Positions 24,101 to 38,350 of a stretch of 64,000 nt of DNA are shown one piece after another (within the stretch, counting starts at the first letter, position 1; every line of letters starts with the position of its first letter). The position numbers and the translations under genes are program-made. Below the pieces are notes generated by a model. The model was not told where the DNA came from and did not search any database. It worked only from the letters and a program-made list of their open reading frames with translations. Source of the DNA: Macrostomum lignano (taxonomy: Eukaryota); NCBI GenBank assembly GCA_002269645.1, contig NIVC01002018.1, forward strand, positions 62,001-126,000. The letters are read 5' to 3'.

Positions 24101-25521
24101 AAGGCTTGGGGAATTTCTGAGATGTCAAGGCTTGGGGGATTGCTGAGATGTGAAGGCTTAAGAAGGAATTGCTGAGGTGTCAAGACTTTGGGAGGGAAAT
24201 CGCTGAGATGCCAATGCTTTGGACGGGGAGAAATTGCTAAGATGTCAAGACTTACTGGAGGAATTACTGAGATATGAAGGCTTACTGGGGGAATTACTGA
24301 TATGTCAAGGCTTGGGGAGGGGAATTACTGAGAAGTCAAGGCTTTGGACGGGGAGAAATTGGTAAGATGTCAAGGCTTGCGCCGGAATTGCTGAGATGTC
24401 AATGCTTGGGGGAAATTTCTGAGGTGTCGAGGCTTGGGGGAACGGCTGAGATGTTAAGCCTTGGGGAAATTCTATGGATTGATGATTCTTTGGATGAGGG
24501 ATGCTTTTAATGTATATCTTTGATTCATTGAGGAATTCCTTCGATGGGGCATTGTTTCGATGGAGGATTTTTTGAATCGGGGGATTCTTTAGATAAAGGA
24601 TTCTTTTGATGGGGGATATTTGGACGGGGGTTTTTTAGATGAGGGGATTCTTTGGCCAAGAATTCTATTGATAGGGGAATTATTTGGATGGGAGATTCTT
24701 TGGATTCTTTGTATGGGGATTATTTGGACGGGGTTCTTTAGATGAGGAAATTCTTTGGCCAAGAATTCTATTGATAGGAGGATTATTTGGATGGGAGATT
24801 CTTTGGATTCTTTGGATGGGGATTTTGTGGATGGGGATTATGATATGAATTATTTGGGTGGATTCTTTGGATATGGATGGATGGAGGATTCTTTGGATGG
24901 GAATTCTGTGGATGAGGATTTATTGAGTAGGGGATTCATTGGATGGGGAATTCTTCAGATGGGAGGATTCCTTGAAAGGGGAATTCTTCGGATCGGTGAT
25001 TCAATCGATGGGGGTTCTTTGGATAAAGGATTCTTTGCATGTGAGATTTTTTGCATCGGAGATTTTGTGGATAGGGAAAACTGTGATTGGAGTTTGGACG
25101 GAAAGCCCCAACGGACTTATTTCTGTAATAAGGGATTCATTGGACGGGGAATTCTTCAGATGGGAGGATTCATTCTTCGGATCGGGGATTCTATCAATGG
25201 GATGGGATGGGATGGGACGGGAAGGATTGGTATTCTTTGCATGTCAGATTCTATGGATGGGCGACTCATTAAATAGGGAATTCTACAGATAGAGGATTCC
25301 TTGAATGGGGAATTCTTCGGATCGGGGATTCTGTCGATGGGGGGTTCTTTGTATGGGATTCTTTGGATGAGGGTTTTTTGCATGTGAGATTATTTGCATC
25401 AGGGACTTTATGGATTAGAGATTCTTTGGATGGGGGGTTGAGTTGGGTGAATTTCTTTTGCGTGGGAAAACTTTGGTAGGAGTTCTGACGGAAAGCCCCA
25501 ACGGGGGTTGGAATTGGCTAG
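21113..25521 (+). mobile_element. Non-autonomous Helitron D with two 3' termini
   Basis: Duplicated 5' end TCCAATATACTAAAAATCAAAAC. Hairpin AAGCCC(C/A)-AAC-GGGGGTT + GGAATTGG + CTAG ends at 23311 and again at 25521. Contains a 29-bp array at 23525-23960 and degenerate GGATTCTTTGGATGGG arrays. Confidence 0.7.
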
Positions 25522-28500
25522 TATATACTAAAAATGAAATGTCTGTAACTATCTAGCTATGCGATAGATTTCAGAAAAAGTGGCTCAACCGATTTTCTTC
25601 AAACTTGCACCATTTGATCAGAAATTTTCCTGGGACGGTACATGCATCTTGGCTAAGAAATTGCTCAATTTTAAAGGGATTAAATATTCGAAAAACATGC
25701 TTTTTTGCAAAGGTCAAGCAGCTCTTTCGACCTGAAATGAATTGTAAAAATGCGAAAGAAAAAACTGACTGACTGAATTTCAATTGTGATAAAGATTGCA
25801 TCACAACAAGATGAAAACAGTGTCGAAAAAATGCACACAAGACTTGATTGTAATTGCGTAACCATATTGCTAACTTGAATTGAGACTGATACTGGCTGAC
25901 TGAGAAATTGATTATGTCATAACTTTTTACTCTAACTGACTTGCTATAAGAATTGAATTATAAGGGCCACAATACATGTTCTCCAATTGAAAAGAGATAG
26001 CCAAGATGGGAACAGACTGGACTGCTAATGTAGCGACCTGGGTTCGAATCTTAGTAGTGCAAAAACATTTTTTTATTAAAACACTTTAAAACACAAAATG
26101 CTAAACATAAAAGAAGCGCAATGTCAAATATAAAAGAGCCACCATGCCAAACAAAAAAAAAGTGCCACCATGTAGAACACAGAAGAGACACCATGTCAAA
26201 CATAAAAGAGCCACCATTTCAAACATAAAAGAGCCACCATGTGAAACATATACGTGACTCAATGTCAAACATTAAAGAGCCACCATGTCAAACATTAAAG
26301 AGCCACCATGTCGAACATAACAGAGACAACATTTCAAACATAAAAGAGCCATCATGTCAAACATAAAAGAGCCACCATGTCGAACATTAAAGAGCCACTA
26401 TGTCAAACATAACAGAGACAACATTTCAAACATAAAAGAGCCATCATGTCAAACATTAAAGAGCCACCATGTCGAACATTAAAGAGCCACCATGTTGAAC
26501 ATTGAAGAGCCACCATGTCAAACATTAAAGAGCCACCAAGTAAAATATAAAAGAGCTACCATGTCAAACATAAAAGAGCCACCATGTCGAACATAACAGA
26601 GACAACATTTCAAACATTTAAGAGCCACCATGTCAAACATAAAAGAGCCACCATGTCGAGCATAAAAGAGCCACCATGTCAAACATAAAAGAGCCACCAT
26701 GTCAAACATTAAAGAGCCACCATGTCAAACATTCAAGAGAAACCATGTCGAACATAACAGAGACAACATTTCAAACATTTAAGAGCCACCATGTCAAACA
26801 TAAAAGAGCCACCATGTCGAGCATAAAATAGCCACCATGTTGAACATTAAAGAGCCACCATGTCAAACATTAAAGAGCCACCATGTCGAGCATAAAAGAG
26901 CCACCATGTCGAACATAAAAGAGCCACCATGTCAAACATTAAAGAGCCACCATGTCAAACATTCAAGAGACACCATGTCGAACATAACAGAGACAACATT
27001 TCAAACATTTAAGAGCCACCATGTCAAACGTAAAAGATCTACCATGTCAAACATAAAAGAGCCATCATGTCAAACATAAAAGAGCCACCATGTCGAACAT
27101 TAAAGAGCCACCATGTTCAACATTAAGGAGCCACCATGTCAAACATAAAAGAGCCACCATGTCAAACATTAAAGAGCCACCATGTCAAACATTAAAGAGC
27201 CACCATGTCAAACATTCAAGATCAGCCATGTCGAACATAAAAGAGCCACCATGTAAAATATAAAAGAGCTACCATGTCAAACATAAAAGAGCCATCATGT
27301 CAAACATAAAAGAGCCATCATGTGAAACATATACGTGACTCAATGTCAAACATTAAAGAGCCACCATGTCAAACATATACGTGACTCCATGTCAAACATT
27401 AAAGAGCCACCATGTCAAACATATATGACTCCATGTCAAACATATATGACTCCATGTCAAACATATATGACTCCATGTCAAACATTAAAAATAAAAAAGA
27501 CACCATGTCACACATAAGGGAGCCACCATATCAAACATAAAAGAGCTACCATGTCAAAACATTATTGAGCCATTATGCCCAATATAAAAAGACACAATTT
27601 CAAATGTAAAAGGGCCGCCATGTCAAACATAGAAGAGCCACCATGTCAAACATAGAAGAGCCACCATGTCAAACAACTAAGCCACCATGTCAAACATAAC
27701 AGAGACACCATTTCAAACGTAAAAGGGCCGCCATGGCAAACATAGAAGAGCCACCATGTCAAACATTAAAGAGCTACCATGTCAAACACAAAAGGGCCAC
27801 CACGTCCAACATTAAAGAGCTATCATGTCAAACACAAAAGAGCTACCATGTCAAACATTAAAAAGCCACTTTTTTAAACAAAAAAGAGACACCATTTCAA
27901 ACATAAAAGAAGTGTCATGCCAAACAAAATGAAACCATTATAAAGCTAAGGAAATTGTTGCACTAGCTACTTGTTCTCTGGTGGATGCTTGCTATTTAAG
28001 GATGGATACTTGCTATCAGGGGATGCTTGCTCTTGGGGGTGGAGAGTACTTGCTATCTGAGAGGGGGTTGCTAGATATCTATAAGGTATCTTTGTATCCA
28101 GGTTATGCTTGCTATCAGGGGTTGCTTGCTGTCTGGGGGATGCTTGCTATCTGGGGGGGGGATGCTTGCTATCTAGGGGATGCTTGCTATCTGCGGGATG
28201 CTTGCTATCTGGGGGATGCTTGCTATCTGCGGGATGCTTGCTATCTGGGGGACGCTTGCTATCTGGGGTCTGGGGAATGCTTGCTATCTGGGGATGCTTG
28301 CGATCTGGGGGATGCTTGCTATCTGAGGAATGCTTGCTATCTGGGGGATGCTTGCTATCTGCGGGATGCTTGCTATCTGGGGGATGCTTGCTATCTGGGG
28401 TCTGGGGGAATGCTTGCTATCGGGGGGATGCTTGCAGTCTGGGGGATGCTTGCTATCTGGGGATGCTTGCCATCTGGGGGACGCTTGCTATCTGGGGTCT

Positions 28501-28912
28501 GGGGGAATGCTTGCTATCTGGGGATGCTTGCGATCTGGGGGATGCTTGCTATCTGAGGAATGCTTGCTATCTGGGGGATGCTTGCTATCTGCGGGATGCT
28601 TGCTATCTGGGGATGCTTGCTATCTGGGGTCTGGGGGAATGCTTGCTATCGGGGGGATGCTTGCAGTCTGGGGGATGCTTGCTATCTGGGGATGCTTGCT
28701 ATCTGGGGGATGCTTGCAGTCTGGGGGATGCTTGCTATTTGGGGATCAATGCTTGAATGTTGTCTGAGGATGCTTGCTGTCTTGGGATGTTTTGTTTTTA
28801 AGAGGGAATGTCTGTTGTTTTTTCTGAAGGCTTTATTTCGCTGTCTATTTGTTATTTGTAAAAAACAAGGATTCTATCCAGATGTCCCCCATCGGGGGGC
28901 AAAGATTGCTAG
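25522..28912 (+). mobile_element. Non-autonomous Helitron E
   Basis: Starts TATATACTAAAAATG (TC not present) directly after D's CTAG and has the family 5' region. Contains a 23-bp array (AAAGAGCCACCATGTCAAACATA, ~26100-27920) and an ~18-bp array (GGGGGATGCTTGCTATCT, ~28000-28780). Ends GTCCCCC-ATC-GGGGGGC + AAAGATTG + CTAG. Confidence 0.75.
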
Positions 28913-29584
28913 TCTAATATACTAAAAATGAAATGCTTGGTTGCTTGCTTGTAATTGATTTTCTCCCGAACGGCTCAACCGATTTTCTTCAAACTTGCAC
29001 CATTCGATCAGAAATTTTCCCGGGACGGTACATGCATATTGGCTAAGAAATTGCTCAATGTTAAAGGGATTAAATATTCGAAAAACATGATTTTTTGCAA
29101 AGGTCAAGCAGCTCTTTCGACCTGAAATGCATTGTAAGAATGCTAGAGAAAAAACTGACTGACTGAATTCCGATTGTGATAAAGATTGCATCACAACAAG
29201 TTGAAAACAGTGCCGAACAAATGCACACAAAACTTGAATGAAATTGCGTAACCATATTGCCAACTTAAATTGAGACTGATTCTGGCTGACTGAGAAATTG
29301 ATTATGTCATAATTTTTTACTCCAATTGACTTGCTGTAAGAATTGAATTATAAGGGCCACAATTCATGTTCTCCAATTGAAAAGAGATAGCCAAGAAAGA
29401 TGCGAACAGACTGGACTGCTACTGTAGATGATGGAATAGCCGATGTGTAGGCACTAGGAATTGGTTATAGGCTCGGCTAGGGTTCGATTCTGCACTGCGT
29501 CAAATTTCAGCCAGTAGTGATTGAAGATTATTTAAATTTATTTTTTTCATTCACTTCGTAAATAAAATATTATCTGACTTTGAA

Positions 29585-30125
29585 TCATTGCAAAAATAGA
29601 GCTTGAATCAGACTAAACCAGAGTTTAAATCATGGCTAAACCAGAGTCTGAATCATGGCTAAACCAGAGTTTAAATCATGGCTAAACCAGAGTCTGAATC
29701 ATGGCTAAAACCAGTGTTTGAATCATGGCTAAACCAGAGTCTGAATCATGGCTAAACCAGAGTCTGAATCATGGCTAAACCAGAGTTTAAATCATGGCTA
29801 AACCAGAGTCTGAATCATGGCTAAAACCAGTGTTTGAATCATGGCTAAACCAGAGTCTGAATCATGGCTAAACCAGAGTCTGAATCATGGCTAAAACCAG
29901 TGTTTGAATCATGGCTAAACCATTGTTTGAATCATGGCTAAACCAGAGTTTAAGTCATGGCTAAACCATCGTTTGAATCATGACTAAACCAGAGTTTGAA
30001 TCATGGCTAAACCAAAGTTTGAATCATGGCAAAACCAGAGTTTGAATCATGGCTAAACGAGAGTCTGACTCATGGCTAAACCAGAGTTTGAATCATGGCT
30101 AAACCAGAGTTTGAATCATTGCAAA
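29585..30125. repeat. 22-23-bp satellite (TGAATCATGGCTAAACCAGAGT)n inside F
   Basis: Direct tandem repeat upstream of the RepHel gene. Confidence 0.9.
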
Positions 30126-30602
30126 ACCAGTTTTGTTAAAAGTGATACTGATTATCACTGATATTGATGATATCACTGATATCAGTGATACTGGTAACTC
30201 TGATAAGAATTTCACTATGTCAAAAGTACATAGCTGTATCAACCCCACTGGCGAGACAGTCATAAATAGATTACATTCACAGTTTTTTTCACTGGCTGGC
30301 GCAGACCAGTGTACATTGTGAGCCCTCTGCCCCGGAATTTGGACACACGGGCCTGGAGAGCCCACACCCCAAATCATAGGTTTTTTAGATTTAGACCCCT
30401 TTCTTCTTTATCGATTTTTCAGTTTCTACCCTGCGTCTTAAGATAAGCTCCAATTCAGCCCACTGGATGATAAATAGCCTGTAATAGTTTGGCTCAAGGG
30501 CACCTTATCTGATTCTTCAGACATCCAAATTCACAAACTTTCATCTTTCAAACCATATCATTCTTTCTGAACTAATTTCATTTCACTTCTCATTTCTCAA
30601 TC

Positions 30603-33600
30603 ATGGTTCGACGCGGCGCCAGCAGTTTAAAGAAGAGCCGCGATGCCAAGCGACGGCGACAGGCAGAATCCGAGGCAGAGCGGGATGCCCGACTGGAAGA
30701 ACAGCGGCAGCGGGATGCTCAGCGCAGACATGCTGAGACTGAGGCAGAGCGGGATGCCCGACTGGAAGAACAGCGGCAGCGGAATGCTCAGCGCAGAGAT
30801 GCTGAGACTGAGGCAGAGTGGGCTGCCCGACTGGAAGAACAGCGGCAGCGGGACGCTCAGCGCAGAGAGGCTGAGACTGAGGCAGAGTGGGCTGCCCGAC
30901 TGGAAGCCGATCGGATTCGTTGCCGTGGAGCTGTGGTTTCTAGGTGAGTTGTATAGTAACTTTTTATAACAAGTCTTTATTTTTGTTTTTTTCTGAATTG
31001 CCTTGAAGGGGATAATTTGTAGTATCTATTTTATTCTGTATAAATTAAGCGGATAACGATTTTTGAGGAATGAATTGTCTTAAAAAGCCAATTAAGGCTG
31101 CTGTGCTTACGTTCACCCATTGCCCCTTAGGTCGGACACCCAGCAGCAAGGTACAGAAACTATAGTACCCTTTGAGCAGTTGCAGGTAATCCCCATTGTT
31201 GGTGATGGCAATTGCTTTTTTTATGCTGTGTGTGATCAGCTGCGTGGAACCCCGCTGGAAACTGACGCAGCCTCCCTGCGGCAGGACTTGTCTTGCCGTG
31301 TTGCAGAACTCATGCCACAGCTGATTGCAGATGGCCTCATTGCACCTGAGAGTGCTGATGAGATCGTGAATTCCTCTTTTCAAGCAGGAATTTATGTTTC
31401 AGATGAAGTTGCCTCTTTGTTGAGCCGCTGCTTTGATGTGGATCTGGTCATTTACCAGGCCAATGGTAGTGTGATGCAATATTTCAGGGCTAATTTGCGC
31501 CCTCCTAATGCCATTGTGCGTGTGCTTTTGCGCCATGAACATTACGAGTCACTGAGACTTCGAGAGCTTTTGCAAGCCTTTACAGATGCTGAGTTCCCAA
31601 GCCTGGCAGCAAGCAGAACTCCTGCCAAGAGGGCCAAAAAGGCCAAGGGCCCCAGCGCGATGCCGGCGGAACATGAGACTGCGGGCCGCGCTGAAGACGG
31701 ACCCGCTACTGCAAGGTAAACTGACACACAATGAACAGTTACATTTACATTTAACAGTTACTAAGAGATACATTCCATTTTTATTATCAGGCCTGAGACG
31801 ATGGCGAGGCCAGAAGCTCCAGCCCATGACTGCGGGCCAATGGACTGGGCATGCAACCATTGCGGTGCCAAGCTGTTCCGCATGGAGACAGGCAATTTCT
31901 GCTGTGCTGGCGGCAAGGTGAAGCTGCCCACCCGGACTGTGCCACAGCTGCTGGCTGACCTGTACATGGGCCGGCATGGCATGAGCTCAGAGTTCCTGAC
32001 CAACATCCGGAGCTACAACTCTGTGCTGCACCTGACCTCGCTGAGTGCCAAGCCGCGGTTGGTGCCAGGCTGGAATCCCAGCTACATCATCAGCGGTCAG
32101 CTGCACCACACTGCTATGCCGCTGTTTGCTGAAGCGTCTGCTGTTCCTCGCGGCTGGCAGGTGTACTTCACTGACCGCGAACTCGAAAGCCAGCAGAGTC
32201 TGAGCGATAGGGTGAAGCCAGAGCTACATGAGCTGCTACAGACGTTGCTTCACGAGTGCAACCTTTACGTTCGGAGCCTGAAGGCTGCAGCACAGCGGAT
32301 CATGGAGGATCCGGAGCTTGTGGATGCGCGAATCGTGATTCACCCGGACCGAAGACCTTCTGGGGAACACATTCGGTGAGCTAACAATAACTGAAAAGGG
32401 ATTCGAACACATTTTAAAACCTGTCTTTTAAAGCTTTGTGCCTGTGTACACAGGAATGTTTACCGTTGTAAAGAGTTTGTTAAAAGCATTTGTTACTACC
32501 GTTCAAAATCAGGCGCTACAATTTGCCCACGGCAAACGAGGTCGGCATCCTCATTGTTAAGGACACTGAGGACACTGAGGCCCCTGAAGACGGTGATGAG
32601 CCAGCAACTAGCCGAGATGTTGTCATTCAACTGCGGGGTGGCGGCTACAAGAGGATTAGCAAAACGCACCGATCGTATGATGCACTGGAGTACGTGTTGC
32701 TGTTCCCCCATGGCGAGGACGGCTGGCACCCGGAGCTGCGCATGAGCAATGGCCGCAAGCTGACGCCGATGAAGTACTATGCCAGCGAAATCATGGTGCG
32801 AGCGGGCCATAGCAGCCTGCTGCACCACGGACGGCGGCTGTTCCAGCAGTACCTGGTGGACATGTGCGCCAAGATTGAGTCAGAGAGGCTGCTCTATCTG
32901 CGGACCCATCAGAGCGATCTGCGCAGTGAGACGTACAGCGGTCTGCGAGACGCTCTATTCGCTGCTGATGGCAGGTCGACCGACACAAATCCGACTGATA
33001 TTGGCAAGCCTGCGCACGTGTTCCTGTCCTCCAGCTTCGTTGGCGGGCCAAGGTACCTGATGGAGAGGCTGCAAGACGCCATGACCTATGTACAAAAGTT
33101 TGGCAAGCCGGACCTGTTTGTCACGGCGACGTGCAACCCTAAGTGGCCGGAAATCAGTGCACAGCTGCTGCCTGGACAGCGACCTGAGGACCGGCCGGAT
33201 ATTGTCACGCGTGTTTTCGAGCTGAAGAAGAAGGCTCTGCTTGCCGAGCTGAGGAAGCGCTTTGGAAAGGAGGCCGCGCATGTTTGCTCTCTGGAATATC
33301 AGAAGCGCGGTAAGTTAGCAAATTGCGCTTTCAATTTTCATTCTGTAATTGCATTCCAGGTTTAGCAATCCATATTTTTATGCAAGGGGTCATTGCAAAC
33401 CGGAATTAAGCTCTGGTTTAGCCATGATTCAAACTCCAGTTTCTCCATGATTCAAACTCCGCTTTCTCTACGATGCAAACGCTGGTTTAGAATTTTAATT
33501 AATTTACATGACTAAATTGTGATCACTCATACGTCGCTTTGAATCACTTGTTTATGTCTTCCACAGGTCTCCCCCATGTGCACTTTCTGCTCTGGCTGGT

Positions 33601-36600
33601 CAGTGGACAGAGAGTGACTCCGGACCGCTACGACAAAATCGTGTCCGCTGAGATCCCGGACCCACAGCAGCAGCCGAGGCTGCACGAGCTGGTGAAGACT
33701 CACATGATCCATGGCCCCTGCGGCGTGGTAAATCCAGCCTGCCCGTGCATGGTGGACGGCCAGTGCAGCAAGGGCTTCCCGAAGGAGTTCCAGCAGGCGA
33801 CCCTAACCAGCGATACTGGCTACCCATTGTATCGCAGGCTGTCCCCTGAGATGGGCGGATTTACGGTGGACAAACTATTCAAAGGCCGCAGCATTCGCAT
33901 GGACAACAGGTGAGTGAGGAGGTGTTGGTGTTTTTTCAGACTTGATTGAAAGGTTGATTCTTTAATACGAAAGCAAAGTACTTAGTTTAGCCTTGTGTTT
34001 AGTTTATTTATATTGCTAAATTGTTTATTTACTGTAAGTTTAATTTACCATTGCTAGAATACATAAATCATTAATTAGCAATTCTTTTCCTGGCACAAAT
34101 ACAGGTCGGTTGTACCATACAACCCGGGCCTGCTGCTCCTTTTCGAATGCCACATGAACTTTGAAGTTTGTGCCACCGTCAAGTCGGTCAAGTACGTGAT
34201 CAAGTACTTGCTAAAAGGCGGCGACATGGCGTCGTTCAAGTTCGAGGCAAACAAGAAGCCGAGCGGGCCAGGAGAGCAGGCTGCGGATGGCGAACGACAG
34301 GAAGGTTCAGCTAGCAAGGCTCCGACTCAAGCCAAGAAGGAGGGGCGAAATGAGATCAAGGAGTATCTGCTGGCGCGCTACATAGGCCCAATGGAAGCCG
34401 TGAATACCATCTTGGGCTTTGAAGTAAGTCATAGATGTTTGCAAGGCAGTGCTAGGAGCAAAGAATGGGAAAATAATGATATGGTTTTTAAACTAAAACA
34501 CAACAGGTGCACAACAGATTTCCGGCTGTGATCCGATTGTGCGTGCACAAGTCTAACGAGCAGCTCGTGTATTTCAACGAGCAAAATGCGAGCACAAAGG
34601 CCAGGGCGCCCAGAGATTCGACGCTGACGGCTTTCTTCAAGCTGTGCCGCACTGATGAATTCGCTAGAGGCCTGGTGTACACCGAGGTGCCGTCCTACTT
34701 CGTGTGGCACCACAGCGAGAGGGAGTGGCGCCGCGCCAAGAAGGGTTCGAGAGTTGAGGGCCACCCTGGTGTTGTGCACAACACGAACATTGCCCGAATG
34801 TACACGGTGAGTCCGAGAGCAGGGGATCTGTTTTATATGCGAATGCTCCTCCTGCAGGTTAGAGGGCCAACCAGCTTCGAGGCGCTGCACACTGTGGACG
34901 GAGTGCTGTGTCCCAGCGCCAAGGCTGCTTGCACGGCCCTGGGTCTGCTGCAACGAGACGACCACTGGCGGCGCTGCCTAGCCGAGGCAGTCCAGTCGCG
35001 AATGCCGAGAGCTCTCAGGCACCTGCTGGCTGTCATTCTGATTTGGGGCAACCCTGAGGATGGCAGCGATCTGTGGTGCACATTCGCCGAGGATCTGTGC
35101 GAGGACCTGCGGTTTCACCACCGAGATCTGAGCGCTGAGGAAATCACCGACCTGGCGCTGCGCGAGCTGCAGAGCATGCTGACCTCCATGGGCGGTCACA
35201 GCCTGCCCGAATACGGCTTGCCTGCGGCCTCCGTGCCGCCTCAAGTCGGACCGATGCAGTTCGACCCGGTTGAACAGGCCGAGATCCGGGAAGCGAGACT
35301 GTCAATGCTGACGGAGGAGCAGATTGCGGTGTACGAGTCGGTGACTGCGGATCTTGTGGCCGGCTCGGGCGGTTTGCACTTCCTGGACGCGCCCGCTGGC
35401 ACTGGCAAGACCTTCCTGCTGGAGGTTTTGCTGGCCTTTGTGCGCAGCCGCGGTGAACTCGCCCTGGCAGTTGCGGCGTCTGGAATCGCAGCGACTCTGC
35501 TGCCAGGCGGACAGACTGCGCATTCCACGTAAGTTTTTTAGATTAGGGGAATGCTTCTGAATTTTAGAGTCGCGTTTCTAATCGATTCTACCTATGACAA
35601 CTTCACTCTAGGTTCAAGATCCCAGTCCGGCTGCTCCGATCCAACAAGGATGTCTGCGCTGTTGGCGCGCAGTCCAAGCAAGCGGAAGTGTTTCGTAGAG
35701 TTCGGCTGATTGTCTGGGACGAGATCTCCATGACCAATCGAAAGGATCTGGAATCCGTGGACAGGTGTCTGCGAGACGTTCGGAAGCAGGACAAGCCATT
35801 TGGAGGAGTCACTCTGGTGTGTTCCGGTGACTTCCGCCAGCTCCTGCCTGTCGTAGTGAATGGAACCCGCGCCAACAGCGTCATGGCGTGTGTCTGCAGA
35901 TCTTCGCTGTGGAAACTTTTCAAGCGACATCGCTTGACGAGAAACATTCGTCTGCTGTGCAGCTCCGAGCCAGCGATGTACCAGAAGTTCACGGAGCTAC
36001 TCATGCAGGTGAGAATGGGGTGTAAAAATCATTTTTTCTCGCGAATCATTGCGAATATTATGTTTCATGTTTTTATTGCTTTTCTTTTCACAGATCGGAA
36101 CCGGGACAATCGAGCAGGATGCTGAGGAGAAGGTGTCCCTTCCCGCTGAGATGGTGATTTCTGCAGAGGCTCCGCTGAATGACCTGATCAAGTTCGTGTA
36201 CCCGTCGTTTGAAGAATCAGCGGAGCGGGACGACTATTTTGCAAGTCGAGCGATACTGGCGCCGTACAACGACTCTGTTGATGCCATCAACGAGACGTGT
36301 CTGGGCATTTTCCCGGGTTGCCTGCGAGAGTATCGCTCTGTAGACAGCCTGGCTGATGAGGAGGCCGCTACGCATTTCCCGACGGAGTTGCTAAACCAGC
36401 TGGATGCCCCGAATTTTCCAACTTATCTGCTCAGGATCAAGGTGGGCATGCCGCTGGTGCTTCTTCGGAATATCAACCCGCCGCGGCTGTGCAACGGTAC
36501 ACGGCTCATCGTTCTCACGATGGGCGATAATGTGCTGCGCTGCAAGATTGCCGCCGGTCAGTTCACTGGAGACGAGATCCTGCTGCCGCGAATTCCGCTG

Positions 36601-36858
36601 ATTCCAAACAATGCGGATCTACCAGTGAGTTTCAAGCGGCTGCAGTTTCCGGTGAAGCCGAGCTTCTGCCTTACAATACACAAAGCACAAGGACAATCCC
36701 TGGAGACCGTTGGAGTTGACCTGGCTGTCGGTTGCTTCACTCATGGTCAGCTGTACACGGCGCTGTCACGGGCGAAGAACGCCGCGAATGTTCGCGTCCG
36801 GATCTGTGGCACCAAGACCAGAAACGTGGTGTATCCAGAAGTGCTCACTGGAGATTAG
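30603..36858 (+). CDS. Helitron RepHel protein with N-terminal STPR-like 23-aa repeats and an OTU cysteine protease; 9 exons, 1717 aa, apparently intact
   Basis: Exons 30603-30943, 31131-31715, 31791-32375, 32513-33309, 33567-33909, 34105-34423, 34507-35528, 35612-36008, 36094-36858; all GT-AG, phases consistent, total 5154 nt. OTU: GDGNCFF...HYESL. Zn motif: CNHC...CCAGGKVKLP. Rep: LFVTATCNP, EYQKRGLPHVH, YVIKYLLK. PIF1 helicase: DAPAGTGKT, IVWDE, GDFRQLLPV, TIHKAQGQSL, HGQLYTALSR. Confidence 0.93.
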
Positions 36859-37119
36859 GCGATTTCCAGGCGTCATTGAAGTGAGTATTACTTGTGTCAT
36901 TTTGTCTGTGAGTGTCGCATTGGTATCTGTGTTTAATAGTGATCACAAGTAGTTTATCCTGATATGTAAATGGCCCGCTGAGACATATCAGGCAAATCCT
37001 GCTTTATTCACCTAATAAATTCAAATTAGATGGGATCATAATGGAATTGAGATCAGGGATTACCTAGGCAAAATGATTAGCTAAATTGGGTTCATTGCAT
37101 AACAGAACTGAGCATAACA

Positions 37120-38350
37120 GATCCCAATCCTAAATTCATAGAATCTCTTAGATCCCAATGCTAAATTCATAGAATCTCTTAGATCCCAATCCTAAATTCA
37201 CAGAATCTCTTAGATCCCAATGCTAAATTCACAGAATCTCTTAGATTCCAATCCTAAATTCATAGAATCTCTTGAATCCCAATCCTAAATTCACAGAATC
37301 TCTTAGATCCCAATCCTAAATTCATAGAATCTCTTATATCCCAATCCTAAATTCACAGAATCTCTTAGATCCCAATCCTAAATTCACAGAATCTCTTAGA
37401 TCCCAATCCTAAATTCATACAATCTCTTAGATCCCAATCCTAAATTCACAGAATCTCTTAGATCCCAATCCTAAGTTCATAGAATCTCTTATATCCCAAT
37501 CCTAAATTCATAGAATCTCTTAGATCCCAATCCTAATCTCATAGAATCTCTTAGATCCCAATCCTAATCTCATAGAATCTCTTAGATCCCAATCCTAAAT
37601 TCATTGAATCTCTTAGATCCCAATCCTAAATTCACAGAATCTCTTAGATCCCAATCCTAAATTCACAGAATCTCTTAGATCCCAATCCTAAATTCACAGA
37701 ATCTCTTATATCCCAATCCTAAATTCATTGAATCTCTTAGATCCCAATCCTAATCTCATTGAATCTCTTAGATCCCAATCCTAAATTCATAGAATCTCTT
37801 AGATCCCAATCCTAAATTCACAGAGTCTCTTAGATCCCAATCCTAAATTCATGGGATCTCTTAGATCCCAATCCTAAATTCATAGAATCTCTTAGATCCC
37901 AATCCTAAATTCATGGGATCTCTTAGATCACAATCCTAAATTCACAGAATCTCTTAGATCCCAATCCTAAATTCATAGAATCTCTTAGATCCCAATGCTA
38001 AATTCTTAGAATCTCTTAGATCCCAATCCTAAATTCACAGAATCTCTTAGATCCCAATGCTAAATTCAGAGAATCTCTTAGATCCCAATCCTAAATTCAT
38101 AGAATCTCTTATATCCCAATCCTAAATTCATAGAATCTCTTAGATCCCAATCCTAAATTCATAGAATCTCTTAGATCCCAATCCTAAATTCACAGAATCT
38201 CTTAGATCCCAATCCTAAATTCACAGAATCTATTAGATTCCAATCCTAAATTCATAGAATCTCTTAAATCCCAATCCTAAATTCATAGAATCTCTTAGAT
38301 CCCAATCCTAAATTCATAGAATCTCTTAGATCCCAATCCTAAATTCACAG
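37120..38350. repeat. 31-bp satellite (GATCCCAATCCTAAATTCATAGAATCTCTTA)n downstream of RepHel
   Basis: About 39 near-identical units. Confidence 0.95.

Noticed and set aside
25995-26062. Functional tRNA-Ser gene
   Set aside because: A/B boxes and anticodon-like loop are present, but I cannot form the acceptor stem or long variable arm. Treated as a tRNA-derived module.
24755-28925. ORFs such as GDACYL/MLAIWG and KEPPCQT repeats
   Set aside because: Translations of minisatellites inside Helitrons D and E.
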